A stretch of DNA of 32,004 bases, from the sequence record SRR20825019_448, one strand, 5' to 3'. The stretch's first letter is position 1. Every line of letters starts with the position of its first letter. A program made the translations under genes and the position numbers. The notes under the pieces were generated by a model. It was not told the origin of the DNA, made no database searches, and was given only the letters and a program-made list of their open reading frames with translations. Of this stretch, positions 17,696 through 26,463 are shown piece by piece.

Positions 17696-20365
17696 TTAGA
17701 ACTGAGCCACCAGTTTGGCATATACCATACGACCGCGCGGATCGTGAGTACGGCTCTCGTAACCACCGTTAGTGGAAACATATGGTGGTGCTTTATCAAA
17801 CGCGTTGATCACACCGAACTGAAGGCTAGACCCTTCCATGCTTTCGCTAAGGGCGCTCAGCTGCAGGGTATATTGAGCATCAACAGTCGTCATGGAGCCA
17901 ATCGTGCTCCCTGCTGTCTGATCGTCATTCATGCCACTGATGTGCCGCACATAGAAGCGAGCGTCATGGTTTTCATTACCCCAGGCCATACCCGTATTAA
18001 TGCGCCACGACGGTGTTGGGCTGCCGAAGTTTGCAAAGTTACGGTTACCAGCACCATCAATGGACCCCGCTTGCGGGTCTTCAAGATCGTACTTGAGCAC
18101 ATGTGTTGCCTCGAAGAACGGCATGAAGGTACCCATGTCAGTATCGATGTTGTATTTCGCCGATACGTCAAAGCCCTGCGTCGTCACTTTGGAAGCGTTC
18201 AGATAATCCACGATCACCATGATGATGCTGCCTGACGTACCCGCCGAGCGGATCACACGGCTTGTATCTGTCGGGTTCGCATTCACAACGGCTTGGTAGT
18301 TTTCCTGAATGATTACGTCCGTGAAGGTGTAGTTCCAGAAATCAACATCAAGATCGAGACCGCCAACAGGTTCCCACGTGAAACCGAAGTTCCAAGCTTT
18401 GCCTTGCTCCGGCACGATAGTGCGGCCACCTTCAGGTGCCACAGAACGAACCGCAGCGAACGCTGTGCCGCCAAGTGGGTCTGTAACCTGATTAAGCGAC
18501 GTGCCACCACCGGAAACCTGAAGCACACTTGGTGCCCGGAAACTGGTGGAGTAACTACCACGAAGCGCCATGGTTTCTGTTGGGCGATACAGAAGCGAGA
18601 TTTTCGGATCAGTGGTTGCCCCGATATCGCCGCCGTAAATCTCGTGACGCAGTGCGATCGAAAGGTCGAGCTGATCAGTGATCGGAATAAGTGATTCCCC
18701 GAAAATACCAACAGCGCTACGATTGTCGCTGAAATCAGTGTTGCCGATTACGAAAGCAAAACCGTCCGCGTTCGAGATGTCGTCATAGTCACGACCCCAG
18801 AACTCATCCCGGATCTGAATACCTAGCGCGAGACCGATATCGCCTGCACCAGTGGAACCAATCGTACCGGATACCACCGCATCATAAACGGTTGTTTTCG
18901 AAGTACCGTCAATCACTTGTTCGCCGATGATATAGTCCATCACCGCGGCACTATTCGGTGCTGTGGTGAAGCTTGTAGCAAACGGGTTGAAGAACTCACA
19001 ACCCGCCGTACCCGGCGCAACTGAACCAACGCCGGCGTCACAAGCGCCGTAACCGATCAAGGCACGCTGGAAGTTGTCTGTGATCACATCAGCTGTTGCG
19101 ATCTGATAGGTGTTCTTACCGTGGGTAACACCAAAATCATAGCTCCAGTTCTCATTGAAATCACCTGTCAACTCGACGTTGAAACGGTATGTTTCAGACG
19201 CAAACCGGTTCGGGCTTGGATCACCACCGTTACCGATCGCGCGGCCAAGGAAGGTCACGCCCTCACCAAATGGGTTTTCAGGGTGATAAGCTGGTACACC
19301 CGCTGAACCCAGTTGCAGATACGGGAAGGTTGGTGAGTTGTTCCGGACCGCGCCGGTATCAGCCCAGCCACCTTCCAGGCGCAATTGGTGACCGTCCCCG
19401 AGATCTTGCGTCACCACGGCGTAAGCCTGTTTGCGCTCCTCTTCAGGGACAAGGTTATAATAGTCACCGAAGTCAAAGCCACAGGTACCCACATTGATAC
19501 CGCCTCCTAGCGGTACCGCCACATCCGGGATACCGCCCACTTCCTCACAACCGTATGGGTCGATGACCGGCGCTGTTGTGCCGATCAAGCCAATAATAGA
19601 CGGCACATAATAGGAGCCTGGGTTACCAAGAACCGAGCTATCGTCTGACGGCAGGCTGAAGCGACGCTCCGCAGTTGTCAGCGGTGAACGGTCATAATAA
19701 CTGAACGCACCCATAAAGTGGGTCGTATCATTCCCGAAACCGAACTTGGCTTCATAAAGCTGGTCAGATTGGCTGCCCTGGTCGGTAAGCGTCTGGTACT
19801 TGGCGCTGACCTTCACACCTTCGAACTGGTCGTCGGTAATGAAGTTAACAACGCCCGCGACAGCGTCGGTACCATAAATGGCGGCTGCGCCGTCTTTCAC
19901 GATCTCAATCCGCTGCACAGCAATCTGCGGCACAAGCGCGCTTGTATCCACAAACGCAATACCGTCGTTTGTTGTTGTGCCGGCAACCACCTGGCGACGA
20001 CCGTTCAGGAGAACGAGCGTTGATGCCACACCTAGGCCGCGCAGGTTAAAGTTGGACGTGCCTGACGTACCGTTCTGCGTAAACGCATCCGGGTTATTCT
20101 GGGCACCATTGTTGATGGTCAGGGTCTGAACAAGGTCAGCCACATTGCTGGCGCCGATCTGGTTCAGGTTTTCTGAGCCAATCACCGCAATCGGTGATGG
20201 GCTGTTAAACTGTGATTTACCTTTAAGATAAGTACCGGTGACCACGACTTCTTCGATTTCCAGCATGGAATCGGCTTCGTCCTGGGCTATTACCGGATTT
20301 ACTGCAAACAAACTCAAACATCCCGCGGCGAGCGCGGTCGTATTGAACAAGCGGTTCTGGCGCAT
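17696..20365 (-). CDS. TonB-dependent receptor 3 (different subfamily)
   Basis: IEEVVVTGT, NLRGLG..STLVLLNGRR, IEIVKDGAAAIYGTDAVAGVVNFI, terminal Phe. Confidence 0.95.
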   Translation of the reverse strand: MRQNRLFNTTALAAGCLSLFAVNPVIAQDEADSMLEIEEVVVTGTYLKGKSQFNSPSPIAVIGSENLNQIGASNVADLVQTLTINNGAQNNPDAFTQNGTSGTSNFNLRGLGVASTLVLLNGRRQVVAGTTTNDGIAFVDTSALVPQIAVQRIEIVKDGAAAIYGTDAVAGVVNFITDDQFEGVKVSAKYQTLTDQGSQSDQLYEAKFGFGNDTTHFMGAFSYYDRSPLTTAERRFSLPSDDSSVLGNPGSYYVPSIIGLIGTTAPVIDPYGCEEVGGIPDVAVPLGGGINVGTCGFDFGDYYNLVPEEERKQAYAVVTQDLGDGHQLRLEGGWADTGAVRNNSPTFPYLQLGSAGVPAYHPENPFGEGVTFLGRAIGNGGDPSPNRFASETYRFNVELTGDFNENWSYDFGVTHGKNTYQIATADVITDNFQRALIGYGACDAGVGSVAPGTAGCEFFNPFATSFTTAPNSAAVMDYIIGEQVIDGTSKTTVYDAVVSGTIGSTGAGDIGLALGIQIRDEFWGRDYDDISNADGFAFVIGNTDFSDNRSAVGIFGESLIPITDQLDLSIALRHEIYGGDIGATTDPKISLLYRPTETMALRGSYSTSFRAPSVLQVSGGGTSLNQVTDPLGGTAFAAVRSVAPEGGRTIVPEQGKAWNFGFTWEPVGGLDLDVDFWNYTFTDVIIQENYQAVVNANPTDTSRVIRSAGTSGSIIMVIVDYLNASKVTTQGFDVSAKYNIDTDMGTFMPFFEATHVLKYDLEDPQAGSIDGAGNRNFANFGSPTPSWRINTGMAWGNENHDARFYVRHISGMNDDQTAGSTIGSMTTVDAQYTLQLSALSESMEGSSLQFGVINAFDKAPPYVSTNGGYESRTHDPRGRMVYAKLVAQF

Positions 20366-20515
20366 GTTTCCCCTCCGTTGTTAAAAAGCTACTGCTTTTC
20401 CTTCCCAACAGTAATTGGATAGGTCGAAAGCCATTAGCGTCAAGCGGATGAGGAAATTTCAATACGTCGAAAAGCGCCACTGTTGCCTCTGAGCAACAGT
20501 TTCGGTCAACACAGG

Positions 20516-20929
20516 TCAGTTGGGATGGATAAGTGCCTGTTTTACAAACACCTCAGCCATGCCAACGCCAAGGCGCGCATCGATATAAGGTGTCAGGTAA
20601 GCTTTCACGATATCAGGGTCTATTGGCCTGTTCACCTGAAAGGTTTGGCGCGACAACATAGACAGTGCTGTATTGAAGTCTGACCGGACTTGGGGCAGCC
20701 GTGATCGCACGACCTCAAAGTCCTGAGTGTTCTCCATCACCAGTACAATCTGCAATGTAGCCTGACCCTCAACAATGCCGCGTTTGATGACGGAGAAATT
20801 GAACGGTGACATCTCAAGCTTCGGTTTGCCGACAAACTCCTTGTCTCCTTCTTCCTCTTCAGAGAAAGCAAAAGCCGCAGGACCGAAAAGGCTAAAACCC
20901 ATCAAAAAAGCGATTAGAAAAATTCGCAT
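20516..20929 (-). CDS. FliL-like exported/membrane protein
   Basis: Hydrophobic N-terminus, acidic linker, then EMSPFNFSV, RLPQVRSDF and EVFVKQ, resembling the FliL C-terminal domain; 137 aa. Confidence 0.55.
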   Translation of the reverse strand: MRIFLIAFLMGFSLFGPAAFAFSEEEEGDKEFVGKPKLEMSPFNFSVIKRGIVEGQATLQIVLVMENTQDFEVVRSRLPQVRSDFNTALSMLSRQTFQVNRPIDPDIVKAYLTPYIDARLGVGMAEVFVKQALIHPN

Positions 20930-21143
20930 CAAAAACCCACCGTTCCCATTTTCAGTCATCACGCAGCCGGTATGATCCGGCACTGTATCGGCCACGCATC
21001 ATGCCTATATTTCTGTGAATACAGCCTTAACATTTCACATCACCTGATAGAAGCTATCTCATAAAGTTAACCAGCTTACCTTGCCACCCTCACCGTCACA
21101 TCACGTGAATAAAACAGCTCATCAAATCGCTGCAACATAAGAA

Positions 21144-21202
21144 TGTCGCATTATAAGACATGTGTTGTATTATGCGATGATTTTGTGTCCTTTTTTGCAA
21201 CA
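21144..21202. promoter_or_regulatory. Three 17-bp imperfect palindromes (candidate enhancer-binding-protein sites)
   Basis: TGTCGCATTATAAGACA (21144-21160), TGTTGTATTATGCGATG (21163-21179), TGTCCTTTTTTGCAACA (21186-21202); loose consensus TGTYGCA-N3-TGCRACA. Confidence 0.45.
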
Positions 21203-21242
21203 AATTCAACCATTTAATTGAACACTTATACAATAAAAGTCA

Positions 21243-21255
21243 CAACATATTGATT
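21243..21255 (-). promoter_or_regulatory. IHF binding site
   Basis: Minus strand AATCAATATGTTG matches WATCAANNNNTTR exactly, in an AT-rich context. Confidence 0.65.
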
Positions 21256-21283
21256 TATAATGATATTTAAGAACTTATTAAAA

Positions 21284-21300
21284 CTGGCACGAGCCTTGTA
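21284..21300 (+). promoter_or_regulatory. Sigma54 (-24/-12) promoter candidate
   Basis: CTGGCACGAGCCTTGTA versus consensus YTGGCACG-N4-TTGCW; one deviation (C>T at -12). Confidence 0.6.
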
Positions 21301-21310
21301 TATATAGGGA

Positions 21311-21437
21311 TACCTCTCGAGCAGGGGTGCGGGAATGGGTAAATTTATTTACTCGACCCCCAATCGTGCACCTGTTCCCGCGTACCCCGCGCTCGAGAAG
21401 TTTCTCCTAAAAGCCGCGCCGCAAGCGCGGTTTTTTT
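21311..21437 (+). ncRNA. Candidate structured small RNA (~125 nt)
   Basis: Long stem (21315-21340 pairs with 21370-21398), UUUCUCCU linker, terminator hairpin plus U7, immediately downstream of the predicted sigma54 start site. Confidence 0.6.
21409..21437. terminator. Intrinsic terminator (strongest on +, may also serve the convergent FlaEY-like gene)
   Basis: AAAAGCCGCGC-CGCAA-GCGCGGTTTTTTT. Confidence 0.85.
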
Positions 21438-21512
21438 GTTGCTAAAATCAACCAGATAGCGCGAACAGAGAATGCTTGAATTCACCTGAACGCATCATTC
21501 CCACGAGTGATT

Positions 21513-24500
21513 TTATGCAAAAAGGCTGAAGCTTGATGAGGATGCGCCCGACTGAAGGCGCGCAAGCCCGGTCTGAAGGTTCGCGAGTTGCGCCTGTTGA
21601 TAGGGAGACGCAGATCCCTGGTTAGCGGAACCGTTCTTCAGTTGCTCAATCAGCGGATTATAGTCCAGCGACCGGTAGGCGCGCTGCACGGTTGAAACTG
21701 CCCCGTCCAGAAGTCCCAGCACATATTTGGCCGTTTGTTTGTCCCCGATATGAATAGCCCCGTCGAGGCCAAGAGCAAACACGCCACCTGTATCCTCTTC
21801 AGGTGGGATATCCTTATCTTTGTCGGTGGTGATATCAAACACTTCGTTCTTGGGCAAAATCCGGCCCGGCTCAATACCAATGCGACTCAACAGGTCCCGG
21901 CCTTCCTTACCAGCAAAAAGCTCGATGGCAACACCATCGTCCAGGGCGCTGATCTTCATTTTTGAGCCCTCATCTGTATTGGAGACCTCTACCTTCAACT
22001 TCGAAAAGCCTGCTATGCGAATTTTCCGCGCCAGATCATCAAACGTATCGCCCTCGTCGAGCTCAATACGTTTTTTGCTACCACCATCAATGGAGAGATA
22101 GAAAAAGTCATCCACTTTGGCTGACGTTTGGGTCTGTATATCAAGAGTCTCATCAATCTGGACCGTGCCCTGCGGCAGACCAAGCGTTTCCAGAACGGAA
22201 TTACCCTTGTTCGTGAAAGCAATACTGCCAGCCGTAGACCCCGCGAGCCCCTCGCCATATTGCTCAATATCTTCAACAACGCCCGAGGTACCATTAAGGC
22301 GCGCTACAAAAGCATCCGTCGAGCCCTGCCCGGTCTCACCCGCAAACGTTCCGCTTGTTGAGCCTGCAACATAAACAACGCCGTCGGCAACCGTCACATC
22401 AGCAACCCGGTCGGTGCTGCTGGTGGAAAGATACGTAGTGAAATCACCACTCAGGTCCGTCGCGCCTGAAAGTGTCAGGCCGCTTACAAAACCTTCAAAT
22501 GCCCCTTCAGCGCTGCCGTTTTTGGTAGCTGTTCCGCCAGCATCAAGGCTGGCGTTGGTGGTAACCCCAGCGATATAGACCTTGCCATTCGTGTTATCGA
22601 TCGTGATGCCCTGGATAGAACCACCCGCCCCAAGGCTGCCAAAATCAACACTGTCGGTCTGGTTGGTGAGATCGCTGCCGTCAATGCGGCGCACTACGGC
22701 ATTGCCGTCTTCTTCCACCGCCACAACCAGGTTGTCGTTATCGTCAACAGCGATACCCTTGATCACCTCGTTGTCGCTGGTGCCAAATACGTTGGAATCC
22801 ACGAGCGCTCCGGTAGAGCCGGACAGCTTCACGATCAAGGCGTCCTGCCCACCGGAAAACCCCGAGGAGGCACTGACGCCCGACTTGGTGTAACCGCCCA
22901 CAAAAATGTCGCCACTCGAATCAACTGCCACGCTGTTCGCACCAGTTTCACCAAAAGTATCAAGCTGGTAGCGGAAAACCTCATCACCACGCTTGCTGAT
23001 CTTTTGTACAAAAAGGTCGGTGCTATCTACCACATCGGAGGACGAAAGCTTGCTGTCAGTCTGGCCAACAAGAATTACATTGTCGTCCTCGTCAACAGTT
23101 ATGCCCTGCACGCTCGCAGTACCTGAAACACCCAGAAGGCGGGAAAAAACAACGTTTCCTTCGCTGTCGAATTTAGTGAGGAAAACATCTTCACCTTCAG
23201 CAGTATTTAGCTGGTGGCCAAAACTACCTGCTGATGTCCCCACCACATAAATGCTGCCTTCACTATCGGTCGCGATACGCTTGGCCGTGGTATCCGCATT
23301 AACCTTATTGGCGCTATCGATATTGGTGAGCGAAGAGGTGTTGTCCGTGCCGTCAGCGTCGTCATCATCTTCCGTCGCGTCTTCGCCGAGCACCTTGGTT
23401 TTTGCGTCAGCCAGAAACTTGTCCCGCATCTCCTGAAGCTTGGGGTCAAGCTCGTCGTCTTCTTCCTCTTTCACCAAGCCTTTGATTTCCGTGGCCGCAT
23501 AATCAATGCCCGCAAAAGACGTGGTGTCATCAGCCGCTATCGTGCCACTCAGGTTATTGAATTCCGTGATCCGGCTCGTAACCGCATAGGAGTCATCAAG
23601 CTGCTTCACCGAAGACGCCACATAGAGCGTCGGCGCGGAGCTCGCAGCCGAGAAAGAGACCTCCTCTGTGATTGTGCCGTCAACCTGCAGGCCATACCGA
23701 CCGCTGGAACCGTCTCGCCGGATATCAAACCGGGTCTGGTGTTTGATATATTCTTCACCCTCGTCATCAAGAGCCGTAAGGGCTTCAATCTTGCTGTTGA
23801 CCAGATCCTTGATGCTGTTAAGTGAAAGCGTGCCCGAGATTTCGCTCAGGTCAACTTCGATATTATCCGTCTCACCGCTTTTAGTGATGGAGACCGTGAA
23901 AACTTCCGTGCCTGTCAACCCTGCAAGCGCGTCATTGGGATTTGATGCAACCAGCGAACCGTCAAACCCGGTTTCGTTCTTGCCAAGCCGCGCGCTGGTT
24001 TCTGTTTTATACTGCTTTTCGCCCAGAAAAAGCTCAAGCTTCTCAAGCTGCGCGGTCGAGAGATACTCCCGCACCTCAGAGAGGCCTTTCTGGAACTGCT
24101 CGTTCAGCCGTTTGAGCGACGCAGACGACGTTGTATCGGCGGAGGCATACTCAGCCAGAATACGCAAGTTGGACAGGGCTTTGAAAACAGCAAAAGAAGC
24201 TTGTTTGTCCGGGTTGTCCGCAACTGCCTTCAAGTCACTCGATTTCAGGTCAATGAAACTTGATAGCTCACGAACTTCACGAATCTGCTGGTTAAGCGTT
24301 TTGGTTTCTTCGGCCTGTTGCCACGGCGGCACAATCCCGTCATTGGTACTACCAAAGTTATAGGCAGCGCGATCTTCTGCAGAAAGGCTGGCCAGCGTAC
24401 GTTGGGCGATCTTGGAGTTGGCAGCAGCCTGAATAAGCGATGCATCCACCCCGATGATCTGGGTGGTGAAATTGGTTTGGCCGCCAAGGCCAAATAATCC

Positions 24501-24533
24501 ACCGCTTGAATTTGCTATGCCAAAAAATGCCAT
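21513..24533 (-). CDS. FlaEY-like flagellum-associated protein with beta-propeller (SBBP-like) repeats
   Basis: Repeats such as IATDSEGSIYVVG..DVFLTKFDSEGN and VAVDSSGDIFVGG..DALIVKL. N-terminal PPW motif and C-terminal QLANLQTGLARL recall Caulobacter FlaEY (from memory, unverified). No Sec signal. Confidence 0.55.
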   Translation of the reverse strand: MAFFGIANSSGGLFGLGGQTNFTTQIIGVDASLIQAAANSKIAQRTLASLSAEDRAAYNFGSTNDGIVPPWQQAEETKTLNQQIREVRELSSFIDLKSSDLKAVADNPDKQASFAVFKALSNLRILAEYASADTTSSASLKRLNEQFQKGLSEVREYLSTAQLEKLELFLGEKQYKTETSARLGKNETGFDGSLVASNPNDALAGLTGTEVFTVSITKSGETDNIEVDLSEISGTLSLNSIKDLVNSKIEALTALDDEGEEYIKHQTRFDIRRDGSSGRYGLQVDGTITEEVSFSAASSAPTLYVASSVKQLDDSYAVTSRITEFNNLSGTIAADDTTSFAGIDYAATEIKGLVKEEEDDELDPKLQEMRDKFLADAKTKVLGEDATEDDDDADGTDNTSSLTNIDSANKVNADTTAKRIATDSEGSIYVVGTSAGSFGHQLNTAEGEDVFLTKFDSEGNVVFSRLLGVSGTASVQGITVDEDDNVILVGQTDSKLSSSDVVDSTDLFVQKISKRGDEVFRYQLDTFGETGANSVAVDSSGDIFVGGYTKSGVSASSGFSGGQDALIVKLSGSTGALVDSNVFGTSDNEVIKGIAVDDNDNLVVAVEEDGNAVVRRIDGSDLTNQTDSVDFGSLGAGGSIQGITIDNTNGKVYIAGVTTNASLDAGGTATKNGSAEGAFEGFVSGLTLSGATDLSGDFTTYLSTSSTDRVADVTVADGVVYVAGSTSGTFAGETGQGSTDAFVARLNGTSGVVEDIEQYGEGLAGSTAGSIAFTNKGNSVLETLGLPQGTVQIDETLDIQTQTSAKVDDFFYLSIDGGSKKRIELDEGDTFDDLARKIRIAGFSKLKVEVSNTDEGSKMKISALDDGVAIELFAGKEGRDLLSRIGIEPGRILPKNEVFDITTDKDKDIPPEEDTGGVFALGLDGAIHIGDKQTAKYVLGLLDGAVSTVQRAYRSLDYNPLIEQLKNGSANQGSASPYQQAQLANLQTGLARLQSGASSSSFSLFA

Positions 24534-24613
24534 TCGCTACTTTACCAGCTTTCTGCCGTCTATCCTAGCGAGCCATTCGGGGCCAATTTTTGGCCGGGGG
24601 CCCGCATGTAAAA

Positions 24614-24702
24614 CTCGGCAAATATTGCCGCATAGGCAAATTATTCCCCGTAAAACTGACAACCTCATCAGAACGACTCGGCCTCGCGGGAATTTATTGC
24701 CG
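24614..24702. promoter_or_regulatory. ftr-like (FlbD-type) elements upstream of the FlaEY-like gene
   Basis: CTCGGCAAATATTGCCG (24614-24630, core CGGCAA-N3-TTGCCG palindrome), weaker AGGCAAATTATTCCC (24634-24648) and GGGAATTTATTGCCG (24688-24702). Confidence 0.55.
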
Positions 24703-24823
24703 TTGAATTGCTTTTTCTCACAATTCTCCCTACATGTGATGCAAGGAACGTGACAATTACGCTGCAGACACCCGAGAGCCGTATCTTCTGGGCCACGACA
24801 GCAAACGACGAGGACTTTGACCG

Positions 24824-25126
24824 ATGACCGCCATTTTTGTGCTGCTTGATAGCCTTCTCGGCTTTTATGCGCTCTTGCTCATCATCAGCGTGGTGCTGAG
24901 CTGGCTCACCACCTTCGGCATTATCAACACCCATCAGCCGTTTGTACGGTCGGTCCTGCACTTCCTGCATGCCGTGACCGAACCGGCGCTCAGGCCCATT
25001 CGTCGCATTCTGCCCGATATGGGTGGTATCGACATTTCACCCATCATTCTCTGGTTCCTGATCTATGCGCTTAGGGTACTGCTGAAGGCAGACATCGCCC
25101 CACTCTTTGGCGTGAATGTCTACTGA
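24824..25126 (+). CDS. yggT: YggT family membrane protein
   Basis: VLSWL, VTEPALRPIRRILP, GGIDISPII. Confidence 0.9.
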   Translation: MTAIFVLLDSLLGFYALLLIISVVLSWLTTFGIINTHQPFVRSVLHFLHAVTEPALRPIRRILPDMGGIDISPIILWFLIYALRVLLKADIAPLFGVNVY

Positions 25127-25439
25127 GGTTTTTGAGCAGACGGAAGGCGGCATCCGCCTTCACATCCGCCTGACCCCGAACGCACGATCTGAGGGCATTG
25201 AGCGCATAGACATATCTGCAGAGGGCACCAAACGCTTGCGCGCCAGCGTCACCGTGGTGCCCGAAAAGGGCAAGGCCAACAAGGCGCTGATCAAGCTTCT
25301 CGCCAAAAAACTGAGGTTGCCCAAATCGACCATTCGCCTTATAGCGGGGGAGCAATCCCGGAATAAGACTATCGCAATCGACGGTCATCCGGATGAACTG
25401 ATACCGGCGCTTGAAAATATGCTCTCCAGCCTTGGGTGA
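25116..25439 (+). CDS. DUF167 / UPF0235 (YggU-like) protein
   Basis: RLTPNA, PEKGKANKALIKLLAK, GEQSRNK; typical yggT-DUF167-folD order. Confidence 0.9.
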   Translation: MSTEVFEQTEGGIRLHIRLTPNARSEGIERIDISAEGTKRLRASVTVVPEKGKANKALIKLLAKKLRLPKSTIRLIAGEQSRNKTIAIDGHPDELIPALENMLSSLG

Positions 25440-25499
25440 TGGGTTGCCCTGAAATGGCTTTAAAGCAAACTTTGGCGCCCGCAAGGAGACGCCCATCCA

Positions 25500-26399
25500 A
25501 TGGCCACCACCCCTTCAAACCTCATTGATGGCAAGGCGTTTGCCGCCCGTGTTCGAGACGGCGTTGCCGCCGATGTCACGAAGCTGAAAAGCCGCGGCAT
25601 CACGCCAGGCCTCGCGGTTGTGATCGTGGGGGAAGACCCCGCAAGCCAGGTTTATGTGCGCAACAAGGTGCGCCAGACAGCTGAGGTTGGCATGCACAGC
25701 GTGCATCACGAATTCCCTGCAAACACCAGCCAGGAAGATCTGGTTGCCAAAGTGCGTGAGCTGAACGCAGACAACAACATCAATGGCATTTTGGTGCAAT
25801 TGCCACTGCCCAAGCATATCGATGAGGTAGCCGTGATTGAAACCATCGCACCAGAGAAGGATGTTGACGGTTTTCACGTGATCAATACCGGCCTTCTCGC
25901 CACCGGCGGCGAGGGCATGGTGCCCTGCACCCCGCTCGGTTGCCTGCTGATGCTCAAGGACCGATTGGGTGACCTGTCCGGCAAAAAGGCTGTTGTGGTG
26001 GGCCGCTCCAACATTGTTGGCAAACCCATGGCTCAGCTTCTGCTGGACGCCAACTGCACTGTTACCATCGCCCACAGCCGCACCAGAGACCTGCCCGGTG
26101 AGGTTCGCGCTGCAGATATCGTGGTGGCTGCTGTTGGCCGGCCTGAGATGATCAAGGGTGACTGGATCAAAGAGGGCGCGGCAGTTATCGACGTAGGCAT
26201 CAACCGTATTGACGCGCCAGAGCTTGGCGAAGGCAAAACCCGCCTCGTGGGTGACGTGGACTTCAACGGTGCCGCGCCTCATGCTGGTGCCATCACCCCG
26301 GTGCCGGGCGGTGTTGGCCCCATGACCATTGCCTGCCTGCTTAAAAATACCGTGACAGCAGCGTGCCGACAGAACAATATCGACCCGAACGCACTTTAA
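25500..26399 (+). CDS. folD: Bifunctional methylenetetrahydrofolate dehydrogenase/cyclohydrolase
   Basis: [45 protein letters not shown]. Confidence 0.97.
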   Translation: MATTPSNLIDGKAFAARVRDGVAADVTKLKSRGITPGLAVVIVGEDPASQVYVRNKVRQTAEVGMHSVHHEFPANTSQEDLVAKVRELNADNNINGILVQLPLPKHIDEVAVIETIAPEKDVDGFHVINTGLLATGGEGMVPCTPLGCLLMLKDRLGDLSGKKAVVVGRSNIVGKPMAQLLLDANCTVTIAHSRTRDLPGEVRAADIVVAAVGRPEMIKGDWIKEGAAVIDVGINRIDAPELGEGKTRLVGDVDFNGAAPHAGAITPVPGGVGPMTIACLLKNTVTAACRQNNIDPNAL

Positions 26400-26463
26400 A
26401 ACGTATTTGATCCAGGGGTTATCTGCTGCCTGCTGGTGGCGGGATCAAAAAGGGACACGACGC

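Noticed and set aside
14452-20515. Cobalamin or TPP riboswitch upstream of the TBDRs
   Set aside because: No conserved B12-box or TPP core motifs visible; only a simple hairpin (AACCGGTG/CACCGGTT) in the receptor 1 leader.
21335-21445. 36-codon ORF (MGKFIYSTPNRAPVPAYPALEKFLLKAAPQARFFCC) inside the sRNA candidate, with a G-rich SD-like sequence sequestered in the stem, as in type I toxin mRNAs
   Set aside because: Its stop codon lies beyond the terminator U-tract and the peptide is not hydrophobic. Treated as incidental; Ribo-seq would settle it.
24591-24606. + strand GG-N10-GC (TGGCCGGGGGCCCGCA) as a sigma54 promoter for yggT
   Set aside because: Poor match outside the two dinucleotides, in a GC-rich context.
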